Below are positions 52,874-64,000 of a stretch of DNA of 64,000 bases, piece by piece. Source of the DNA: Lepidodermella squamata (taxonomy: Eukaryota; Animalia; Gastrotricha); assembly GCA_047495785.1 (NCBI GenBank), contig JBLDXI010000032.1, forward strand, positions 1 through 64,000, read 5' to 3'. Position 1 is the first letter of the stretch. Each line of letters opens with the position of its first letter. Under the pieces are notes generated by a model. That model saw nothing but the letters and a program-made list of their open reading frames with translations, ran no database searches and was not told where the DNA came from. Both the position numbers and the translations under genes were made by a program.

Positions 52874-53474
52874 CGTGCTTTCAGCTAATTTCAGCTCTAC
52901 TTTAAGCGTGTAAACGGGCCATCTCAAAAATCTAAAAAAGGCGACTTTCCTCCTTTGAACGGATGTATCCTCGTGACAGAGTTCGACGAACTGATAGAAT
53001 GGAGTGTAAACAACTAAATACATAGCATCTTGGACAGGTAGCGCTCACCCCGCGATGTGTGTTCGGCTGCTGTGTAGTATTTGTTAACTCCTGACAACCT
53101 TTGTCGATAAAAATCTGCGTTTTTCGAACTTTGATTTATTCAGCGAAATACTAGCCAGCGACTTGGGACCAGCGAGACGTATGATAAAAATTATTAAATT
53201 TGCATATTTGCGAGCGAGGCGTCACCGCATCGTTGCTACGATGCTACAAAACCTGTACCTACGAAGAAAAGGTAGAACATATTTGCTTCAAATAAAACTA
53301 TACGCAGAAACAATCGATTTCACAAAACGTAAGAAGAAGGAAAACGTTGAAAGTCTGGTATTTTGCAAACTCTGCGCGTGATAAAGATTACACAGTACAA
53401 CCTGGGGCGACGCAAGCTAATAAATAAAACACGATTAACAGCAAGCGAGGAAAAAACCTGATTAACTCAAACTT

Positions 53475-56400
53475 ACACTGTGTTCCTGTGGCGGGGAGGA
53501 AATGTTAAATGACCTGATTAACACGCGGACTAACAAGGGACTTACTCGTAAAGCAGTCAGATCCTGTCCAACCAGCATTGCAGACGCATTGGTTAGGCGC
53601 AACACATGTACCTCGAAGGTAGCAACCCGCCGGACAGCTGGCTATTGTTACAATAGAAAGTTAGTTTTTATGGATAGGTGTATTAAAACCAATAAACATT
53701 GAAAGTTAATAAGAAAAAACCCACGATTAGTACAATCAGGAGCCATCCAGGAGGCTGTGCAGGAACAGCGGTTAGGTCTGATGCATGTTCCTCCATTTGG
53801 GCAACCAGATGGGCAGATAGCTGGAAAGTAGGATGTTTTAAGTGTGAGCTGGAGACGGACTGCAAATATGACATACATTGTAGTCCGGGTTTTGCAAAGT
53901 GACCCAGATGAATCATCAGCTGGTTATTATTGCTAAGTTTTATGTGTGCAGTATTTTCCTGTTTGGGTGGTGGGGCTGGTGGTGCGGTGGTGAAGTCGCG
54001 CGTATTTTTCTTAGCAATAATCGCGGTAGCAGTCGAAATCGAGCAATCAAAAAATATTGGCACATTGCGCGTGGCGGCTTAGATTTTTCAATTGCCCATC
54101 TTCACTTGTAAATATCTTCGTTCGTGTCGCGCTATCAAGTAATAAAGGAAGGGTCTACAGTGATGTAAGTACAGCCATTTGTTATAAATATTGCTTGACA
54201 GTTTCGCGACCACATGACCGCACCACCACACGACATATAAATGACGATGGCAGTAAAAACGTATTTTGACCCTGCAACACCGGACTACAATGTACGGGTA
54301 TCGCACAACAACCCAGCCCAGCCTGGGGCACAGGTGCAAGAATTCGGCGCCAAGCATCTGCCGCCAGCGCCGCATCGTGGATTGCAGACAGCTGTAAAGC
54401 AAGCTGCGATAAGGCGTTCAAGTTGTTAATTTGGAAATGCTTTACGGATAGTGCAATCCCAGCCACCCCAACCAGGCTGACACGTGCAGCGAAACCCTCC
54501 AACGTTGTTAATATCTCCTATGCAAGTACCGTTCTGGCAGTTTGCAGCACAAGTTAAATCATCTGGCGAGAAAGTAATGAGAAGGCGTACAGATAGGTCA
54601 GAAGTGATTACAGTTTATCAATTTGCACTGATCCTTGAGCTTTGAAAGCTGGCTAGACGACAGGGCGGCTTTGTGGATCGACAAACAAGCGTACTTGTTG
54701 TTGTACGCTATACTCAATGCAGGATCCGAGGGCAACCGCCTGGAGAAAACAGATGAAATTTTTAAACTTGAACTTCCCAGCCAGTGCCGAAATTTCCCTG
54801 TTGGAAATTTCTCGGGCCTCAAGCGATCTCCATCTTTGGGGGCCCTATCGTTGGTTGTTACAGTTGAGTAGCTCGAAGCTCGAATTACCCCCCAAAATTT
54901 TTATCCAAAAGCATTAGCCAAGGCCGAAAAATTGATCTTTACACAGATTTCTATTTTCACAAATCAACAGCTAATCAAAAGAGTCCATCTTGTGGCATTT
55001 TCCGAATCTAGTTCTGAACTTGCCTGGTACCGAGAAACAGCGTACGATAAGTGATCACTGCCGTTGGCGAAGCAGGAGGGCTGACTTGATCATCACGGAC
55101 GATACTCATCTGGGAGTTGCTCGCGTTCCAAATCATGGCATAGAACCGCCACCCAGTTAGGTTAGCCGAGATATGAGCAGACACACCAGAAGTAGCATCA
55201 GAGGACCCGTATAGGTCAGTTGGTTGCATGTCATTTGTATTAGATGCGCTGAAACGCCACAACGCCGCGAATCTATTCGTCCCATCGCCGAACTCAAAAA
55301 CAGGCCCTCGCACCGGGAGATTTGCGAACATCGCAATTGTGAAAGAAGATGGAGAAACGTTGAGAGCGTCCGCTGTTATGGTTATCCAGTTGTTAGCCGT
55401 GCCAGTCTCCACTGCAGAGTTCGGTAGCCCAAAAGGTCCGACTGCATAGGGGCAAGGAGTTGGTTGATAGGTTGCATCCAAAAAATTGCCAGATATGTCT
55501 CGAGTTTGGAATAGAGCATTCAGTGGCCAGTAACCAAGTAGATTCGGTAGGCTTGCTTGGTTAATGATGAATTGATACATGCTATCTCTTCCGGAAGGTT
55601 GCTCTGAAAGATAAATCGCTTAGATGGTACCATTGCATGAATAGCATAGCTATGAAGTTCGGATAATTTCCTTTTACGAGGGGTTTTAGACAAGACAAAG
55701 CCGGAAAAACCGAACACCTTCCTAAAGAGATATTCTTTTACTAAACAAATATTAAGAGAGAAAGAAATTGCGCTTATAAAAAAAGTGATGTAAAAACCTT
55801 AACTTTTGCCCATCTAATGCTGTAAGAGGTACGAAAACAATAACGGAAGAGCTAAAGGTTCGCATTGCATATTATTGGCTTTTTACCCAATCAATGGTGT
55901 GAACGATAATTAGGGACTATTGGACCTACGAATGCTGCAGTCCCAATTCGTCCAGCCAGTTTGGCAAGTGCATCGATAACCTCCCGTGGTCGTAATATCG
56001 CCAACGCACGTCCCGGGTTGACATTTCGGCGAACAGGTAATTTCTGCAATTTTTCAACAATTATAGTTTACAAGATAGGTGTCCAGCTGTTACGGTTAAT
56101 CAATTTGCACTGATCCTTAAGCGTTGAAATTTGGCTCGAAGACAAGGCGGCTTTGTGAATCGACAAACAAGCGTATGTGTTGTTATACGTCCCACTGTTA
56201 ACATCAGAGGGAACACGTCTGGGAACAAAATGTGCAATAGTAAATCAAGGTTAATATATCCCTTAATCTAGTTCTAAACTTGCCTGGCCCCGAGAAACAG
56301 CGTACGAGAAGTGACCACTGCTGTTGGCCAAGCAGGAACACTGTATTGATCATCACAAACGATATTGAACTGCGAACTACTAGCGTTCCAAATCATGGCA

Positions 56401-58438
56401 TAGAAATGCCATCCAGTCAGGTTAGTCGGAATATAAGCAAGCGGATAATAACCATAGTTCGGGTACCCGAGCAAGTCGTTTGTTAGTAGGTCAGTCATGC
56501 TAAAGCGCCACAAGGCCGCAAATGCAGTCGTCTCATCGCCGAACTCAAAAACAGGTCCTAGCTGCGGCAGAAACGCGTACAGCGAAATGGTGAACGATGA
56601 TGCTGAGACATTGAGAGCATCCGAGGTTATGCCTATATAGCTGCCTGTGGTGCCGGTCCGCACAGCAGTGTCCGGCTGTCCAAATGGACCGACTGCATTA
56701 GGGCAAGGAGTTGGTAGGAAGTCTGCATCCATACGATTGCTGCTTATGTCACGATCGCCGAACAGAGCATTTAACGGCCAATACCCAAGTAGACTGGGTA
56801 AGCTTGCTTGGTTACTGATGAACTGTTGCAAATCTGTGCCATTTGATTGCTCTAAATAAAATTTCAATCATGGTCAGAAAGCATGAAAAGACTAAATGAA
56901 AATGCAATATTGAATCTGTTGCGCCATGAATGTGTTTCAGTTTTTCTCGCAATTCATGGTGCAAGCGGTTTGTTACAAACTGCCCATGTGAAGGGGGAAG
57001 TTCAGTTTAATGAGAACAATGTCCCCATTGGTTTTGTAACAAACTCTGACAAACTCTAGCAGGTAAACAAATTACTTGAAGTCGAACTAAGCTATTGAAT
57101 CTGAACAATCATCATGGGAAATGTGATTTTATGTTGCGTGCAACTTGCCGCTGTTTCAAACCGGCTATAGCCACTAGACCAATTTCGCTGAATTCTCGAG
57201 AAAATAAAAGTTGAGCTCTCGAGTCTCGAGCTGCGGCTCCTATAATACGTCTTACGATTATCAAGTGATGCTCCAAGTGAGATGAAGCCTAAAATACTTG
57301 AACCTTTACCAACTGGTAAATTTGTATCTCACGTGTATTGCAAGAAGCCCCACTCCAGCCGGTAAAACAAGTGCAGGTGTTAGAAGCTGTGCATCGACCA
57401 CCAACTCCGCAATCGGGGCCACACGTAGCTGGTGGAGGATGGAAACCCTAAATATTACACGTCAGCAGTTGAAAGGGAACCTACGAATGCTGCAGTCCCA
57501 ACTTGTCCAGCCCGATTGGCAGGTGCACCGATAACCTCCTAATGTGGTCATATCGCCAACGCACGTCCCTGGTTGACATTTTGATGAACATGTAATCTCT
57601 GCGATTTTCCAATTTTTAGTGGTCCAATAATAACTAATGTTTCATACGATTTATCATTTGACACTGGCTGCGAAGGAGAGCCAGTTGCCCTGCATTGAAC
57701 GCTGTTTTATGTATCGATAAGCAAGCGTATTTGTTGTTGTACGGCCCGGACAACGCGTCGTTTGGGAGATTCCTGTCAAGCCAGAGTATTAATAGATATG
57801 AGCTGAAACTAATATACCGACCTCGCTCCGAGGTAAAGGGTCTTATAAGTTCTGACAGACGATGTGGTAAGCTGCGAACTGAATTGATCTTCGCATACTG
57901 CTGTCATTTTCGAGGTGCTACTGTCGAAAACCTGCGCAACGAAGCGCCAGCCAGACATGTCACAGTTATGAATTATTTCGGACCCAGGTCCGGGTGAGAC
58001 GTAAATGTTATTTGGCTGCATGACAGTAGTGTCGGATACAAGCCTCCAAAGGTGAGCGTAATTTATCGTGGCATCCTCGAACTCATATATCAGGCCTCTT
58101 TTTGAGGTAAAAACGTAAACAGCTATGGTTACCGATGACGAGCCAATATTTATAGCGTCGGATGTTATGTTCAGGTAGTTTCCGGTGTTGTTAGCGTGCG
58201 TTTCGACGGCTGTACCTGACTGTCCGAAGGGGCCTTGCGTCACCGGGAATGAAGCCGAAACGGCATCGATTCGGTTGCGTGAAATATCTCGCAGACCGAA
58301 CATCGAATTAAGCGGCCAGTATCCAACGAGGTTCGTCAAATTTGAAAATTGATTCATGGCGAACTGGGTACCATAGTCCTGACCATTCAACTCATGCACC
58401 CCAATCAAGGCAATGAGGTTTACATAGAGAAAATACAT
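53475..58438 (-). CDS. Secreted LamG plus EGF-repeat protein, copy 2 (three LamG modules); 3' end uncertain
   Basis: LamG exons at ~58438-57820, 56852-56280 and 55603-55020, each followed by a (Y/F)NNKYAC-type exon and EGF exons. Confidence 0.82.
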
Positions 58439-60411
58439 ATTTTCTTTTGGTTTCATAATATGCGCAACTGCGAGATTAGCATTACTTGCTTTATAATAAA
58501 CGAGCTCATCTATTTATTGATGGACCTCCGTCTGCAACAAGAATCATGTGATTACTTGATTAATAGGCGAATCAATTCGCCTTGCAGTTCGCCTGGATCA
58601 ATACCGCATACGCATCGCACCAATGGGCCAGCGTGATTTATGTCTGGTTTCATCGCCAACTTGCTAACGATAGAAAATAATGTTGATAATTTCGCACATA
58701 ATTTCTTCCACGCCCCAGGCCCGATGGCAACGACGGTAAACCTATTTAATTGATAGGTGAATACATTTTGTCTAGATCAATAATATACCAAGGTGTGAGC
58801 AATTTATCATTTAAAGGTAAAATGCCAAACATTCTACGCGCCATTTTGGGTCCATTTAACAATAAAAAATGATTACAAAACAACTACACATTGTTTTACA
58901 TCCTCGGATCAGTACAGTGCTCACTCGATAAAAGCACTGGGTCGGGAGCCACACCCGGTCTTTTAACAAGGGAAAGCTATAACGAGGGCTGTATTTGAAT
59001 GCAGGAGCTAAAAATAGACCGTTTCTACGTCTTTAGACAGTTGTCATGGCAACGCGCTGAAAGAGACAGACACGGATTATGTGTAATTGCAAATTTTGCT
59101 CGCTGAAGCTGTTAAGCGAATTAGGATGGCGTCACTGGAATTTCAGCGGCTCTATATTTTGTCGTACATAAGAGCTTCTGATATTGCGTAGTTTATGAAT
59201 TTTTTACAAATGGGTCCTCCTTTTACCGGAACCTAATTTACAGTCAGCGGAACCAAATTTGTATCTTCTTAGGCGTGGTTTGATTTTCAATCGACTGGCC
59301 TATTAAGATCACAGCAAGTTAAAATTCGGGCAGAAGCTCCCGCCGCCCCTCCTCGGGGTGTTGCGATTTTCAAAGTCAAAATCGAATTATTAAAAGTTGT
59401 GAAAAAACCCGGAAAATTGCCAGGGCGTTGAGCAATGAAATCGTAAAGTGGTGCCAGCCAGTTTCATGTTAGATCCGGCCTATCGGGTATCGAAAACCGG
59501 CTAATAATTCCAATAACTTGATTTTGGACAACTCGAACGGATGCAATCGGTTTGTTATGAGAATAAATCTAAGTATGTATCTAAATTTAATTAGATCTGA
59601 AAACAAGGACTTGATTCTTCGCGTGATTACGCAACACAGCTGGGAAATACATTTGAAGAAAACTGAACTTTTTTTCATCATTTAGTGTGGAAAATTCAAG
59701 AATTTTCGACCAGAATTTTCGAGTGGATTTTGCTAGTAATTTCCTATTAGGCTCACGGTTTATTCCAGCGGGGTTCTTTCAAATATGGAGAAATAATTTC
59801 CGAATAGTTATCAAATACCACATAGTTTCAGTTTTTCCTCATAAAAATCACGACCTTCATCCTGATTCGATCATGATAATAGTGCTGTAACATTTAAAGA
59901 GTTTCTGGCCGGGATAACTGCTAGATAATGAAAAATCAGGGCATTCAGATGGGTCTAATAGTTGATCAGGAAAAATCTGCTAATCAAGCAGATAAAAGAT
60001 AGACGGGCATTTTAAAAGTTGTTGAAAGGAATTGTCATTTTTTCATATGAACTGGCGTAATTTCTGATGGAATTTTAACTAAAAAGCAGGACGACTCGCA
60101 GCACGACTTGAATGGCTGCTAATCCACACACTCTGTTGCATAATCAAAGTCAGAAAAGCGGCGTAATGCACTGATGATCTTTCAACTTGTTTCAACTGAA
60201 CTTGAAATAACTGGATCTCTCAAAACTACGAAAACGCGCCGCTAGGTTTCTAGGAACGCTAATTTTAAACATTTTCACACTTAATTGTTGTAAATAGTGT
60301 AAAAAATACATTTTACGACGCCACCAAATGAAAAATGAATTAAGCTAGAATCTCGAATATAATTTTAGAAATAATCAATTTTTTTTGTGTCAACATATTC
60401 TGTCCACTTTT

Positions 60412-61406
60412 TCAAAGCGAGAAAGAAAGCGCAATCGCGTCGACGAATAAATCGATTTGCCCAGGAAGCTGTCCAAGGATTGAATTCAAGAAAGCCAGAG
60501 CTTTTTGTTCGATGAGTTCCCATTCATCACGGCTCGATGCAAATGTTTTACGAAGCAAAGCAAGGCCAATAAGCGTTGCCATTGCGTTTTCATCCGCAAC
60601 TTTACCCACTGGTAGTCGCTGTAGCTTCACGGTGTAGCATTTCAATATGGCCCAATGTTTTGGCAGGCTTGACAATTACAGCTAATTCGTTGCTAATGGC
60701 CCACGAGCCGTTATATTTCAGCAAAAGGACCAATCTATCCACAGGTGCGATTTCAGGAACTGACGGAGTAGCAGGAGCGCCAACCGGTGCACCTACCAAT
60801 TTTCTCTTCATTGGCAGATCTCCAAAAACACCGCCGACCCTTAAAGAAGCTGCCTGCGCCGTGAAGTAATGTAGCGTAAGCATGCTATTCGGATAACTGA
60901 ACGGCGCCGACGACGTCGGCCGTTTGACACTGACGAAACGCGCCAGGCCCATCGCGTTCTTAACCTCATCCTTGCTAACCGCAACAAACGCCGTATCATT
61001 ACACAGAACACTCGTCGCGACAGAAATCGCAACAATCTGCTTCTTCCAATCCTCGTAAATTTCTTCGTAATACTTGTAACCTCGTAATAAAAGTTATGAT
61101 TCTGCTGATCAGTCATTTCTTGAATCCTCGTCTTGGCGGCCAGACGGTGCAGGGGCATAGCGTCGTTTTGCGGCTACTTGGCTGATGACGCGATTTGGAG
61201 CACCAATTTATGCTCAACTTATTACCGTCGACTTTTTCCGTCAATTTCGCGAAACCATCGACGTTACACATTTCGCTCAATCAACGCATACTGCTTAATA
61301 GGACGGCCTGAATAAGTCGCTACCGGGAGGTGCTCAGGTAGTAGAGACACAACTTTCCCGCCATTCAGTTCCCAATTCACCTGAATATTTTCAGCATCTG
61401 GGTTAG
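60412..61406 (-). pseudogene. VWA5A-like (VIT-vWA family) C-terminal region, frameshifted
   Basis: LHRLAAKTRIQEM, SVLCNDTAFVAV, LLLKYNGSW, ATLIGLALL..EWELIEQKALAFL across different frames; interrupted at 61409. Confidence 0.8.
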
Positions 61407-61408
61407 TA

Positions 61409-63470
61409 CAGGGTGTTTCATAAAAAACCGTACGAGATGAGCCTTATATTAGCATGCATAGATAATATAGGAAAAGTACTGCCGTTATCGATTTTCCATG
61501 CGCCATGTTATTTTTTGCTGTGTCGCGGGGAGAAAAAAAGCGGCATTTCTACGGTGAAAACGTGGCATTTTACGGTGTGTTCACGGTGAATTCACGGTTA
61601 ACCTGCGGTCAATTTCTGTGAAATTTAACCTAAATTATCCTCGATGATAAAGACTAACATTGCCGTCAAAACTATTGCCGTGCATTTTTCCATTTAGTTT
61701 TGGAGTGGGTTTAAGTTTGCGATTTCCTATATTTTTAGCAGTTTTAAGGTAAACTGCGAGTAGATCAACGGTGAAACGACGGTGCAAAGTTTTGAAAATT
61801 TGAGCAAATGTTCCTATAGGAAATTGAACAAGTTTCACCGTAGAAAAATAACGTTATCTGCAGTTCCCTCGTGGCGTTTAACCTCGGAGTGTGTGGTTTC
61901 TTAGGTTTTCAGGACTTTTCAGGCAAACTGAAAGTGGATCAACGGCAAAACGACAGTGAAATATTCGACTAGGGAAGAAATAAGGGTAACTGCCGAATAT
62001 TGATTGTCTCTCATCAGCCGGTTGTGAGAAAATCTTCAGTGGTTTGATGTCATCCAGACCAACCTTATTGTTGACACTTGGTTGCACAGGAAGATGGGCA
62101 AGCAACTTTCGTACATGCTGGTCGTATGTTTTCAACGGCTCAACGACACTTAGACCGGTTAAAAATGGATTAACAACACGGAAAATGTAGTTGTTGTCAA
62201 TGAAAGCATAGCAACGGTCAAATGCGAACTCGACGTAGCCACATAGTGGCAGCCCATTCCTTTGCCCCATGATTGTCATTTCTGTCAGACCCAAGGCATC
62301 CAAGACAGGTGGGTGAAGCTTAATCATTTTCTTCGGCATTAGATGAGCCGCATGAACATAAGACTTCACATAGCTATGCTAGTTTCGAAATATAATATCT
62401 TAGATTCAGCGTCGTCGGATAACAATCGCGTCATAGCTTCCACTCCTAGCATGTTAGACATGAATGGCGGCTTGTCCGTCAAAAAGAATGGATTGGATTG
62501 GAACAACTTCAATTTTCTATGATGGAAAAGCTCTTAGCGCTGTTTGGTGATGGGTGATGGGGCCCTATCCCAAGTCCGATTTCGGCCAGTTCGCTTTTTA
62601 GCCGGCCTGTGTGCGGTTGGATAACGGCGCTTTGCCACTCCGCGCTCGGGTTTCCCTAGAACATGCCTGTATGCGACACTGTAAATTCAACGAATTTTAC
62701 CAAATCTCGGCTCGCACACGTGCCAGCCGAGGTGTCGGCTCGAGTGCGGCAGAAAACGTTGGGTTCTCGCTTCTCGCCGTACTTGGGCTGTCCTAGTGTG
62801 GAACCCCTGAATCTGGCCATAGTGTGGAACTGATCATCGCTCTTTTCGCTCGAGTATCATGCCGATGCCCGAGCTCGGCGGAGCTAGAAGTGCACATAAA
62901 TACACTTTTACCTACCTATTGTTCACTCCGCCGCACTCGGGTTGACATCTGCCCTTGCCTGTATCCCCTCTGTCCACTATTGCGGTATTTGTTTGAATTC
63001 ATTCCATTAAGCGCAATCCGAGATCCAGGCAGACCCGCTTCCCAGTCGGGCTCGATACCGGAGCGCGAACGGCCAGGACTTCGTCGCGCTGCGTTTGAAA
63101 GGGGCCATCCGTTCAATAAAAATGGCGGTTTATTTGCTGATTTTGATGCAAAAATAGAATTTTTGGTAATAGAGAAGCCGCAAACAACTTGTCACTAACG
63201 AATTTTCGTATAAACTTTAGTTGAAAATGTAGATCGTAATAAAATATGCGAATTTACCGGAGGAATTTTGTTTTCACCGTGTAAAACTCATACTGTAACT
63301 GAAAATGTGCCTGAAACAACGCGAATTTTGTTGCTGCTACCGCATGGCTTTCTCTCGGAGAAATGCGTATAATTTGCGGTGACCGTGCGGTTTTGGTACA
63401 TTTTTGTAGAAAAAAATGCGCTCGCAAAAAAAATCGATAACGCGCAGCAGCAGTACATTTTTATCAGACT
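61409..63470. mobile_element. Tc1/mariner-type left end with a nested ACGGTG-repeat element; right end not resolved
   Basis: TA|CAGGGTGTTTCATAAAAA; GTACTGC..GTTATCGATTTT is mirrored at ~63428-63457; ACGGTG sub-repeats at 61550-61600. Confidence 0.5.
61878..62369 (-). CDS. Unidentified ORF, probably a transposon-borne exon or fragment
   Basis: 163-codon open frame without a clear ATG, inside repeat-like DNA. Confidence 0.3.
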   Translation of the reverse strand: MKSYVHAAHLMPKKMIKLHPPVLDALGLTEMTIMGQRNGLPLCGYVEFAFDRCYAFIDNNYIFRVVNPFLTGLSVVEPLKTYDQHVRKLLAHLPVQPSVNNKVGLDDIKPLKIFSQPADERQSIFGSYPYFFPSRIFHCRFAVDPLSVCLKSPENLRNHTLRG

Positions 63471-64000
63471 TGGGGAAACTCCCGGGTGGGGCGATTCAAA
63501 ATTCTTCGATTCTGATTCCGTTTTTTAGAAGTAGATTCTTGACTCCTGAGTCTAAAACTCGATTCCGACTCTAGCCTATACGATTCTGACTCCCGATTCT
63601 GAAAAAATTCTCGGTTTTATCGTAACGCGCGCCTGAATATTGAAAACTAAACCCAACACATCTTTACATGCTATTTAGCAAAATTTTGAACTCATTTATA
63701 ATTGATTATGCAAATAATTAATTATAAAGTTCAAAATGTTGCTACGGAGATTGCTACGGGGATGCATCGATAAAGTATTCCTATTTTCAATTTGGCCTTC
63801 AATTAGGCAACGAAGTTATTGAGCCTTGAGCCTATATTTTCATCTTGAAAATAATTAACTCTTCAAAAAATGAAAAAACATAAAAGCACTGTCCAGCTGG
63901 TGTCTTGTGTCTTGTGTCCCACCCTGGATTGTAAGGAGGGAGAAACTGCCAATGTACACACAGCTGTAGTCAGTGGACTTTATTATCGACATTGAAAATT

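Larger units (their letters stand above)
51050..60740 (+). repeat. Second copy of a direct segmental duplication (first copy ~17650-23427 plus 39586-39780)
   Basis: Same order and orientation of ankyrin 3' end, LamG-EGF gene and VWA5A-like end, with alignable introns and intergenic DNA. Confidence 0.9.

Overview
Intron-rich invertebrate (metazoan) genomic DNA. The AAACUUACCUGG 5' end of its U1 gene is C. elegans-like, so a nematode is possible (inference only). 1-23 kb is host genes: two tandem sushi/CCP-trypsin genes (one catalytically dead, one with an intact triad but no IVGG activation motif). The second has tRNA-Leu, a variant U1 snRNA and tRNA-iMet inside one intron. There follow a dispanin-like gene, a metallothionein-like gene, a secreted sushi-ankyrin gene and a LamG-EGF gene. 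The [sushi-ankyrin 3' end / LamG-EGF / VWA5A-like] block is duplicated at about 51-61 kb. 23.4-39.6 kb is a Mutator element (81-bp TIRs, 9-bp TSD) whose first intron holds a 12.2-kb nest. The innermost element (26265-31141) is the most striking feature: 14-bp TIRs starting CATTATG, an intact 7-exon RAG1-core/Transib-like transposase, a divergent PB1+Myb-like gene instead of RAG2, and a possible micro-exon gene. The nest also carries a Polinton/adintovirus end fragment. 40-53 kb holds a mariner-type element, a young non-autonomous Gypsy-type LTR element with an antisense ORF, LINE fragments and MITEs. All calls are from manual reading; no database searches were run.
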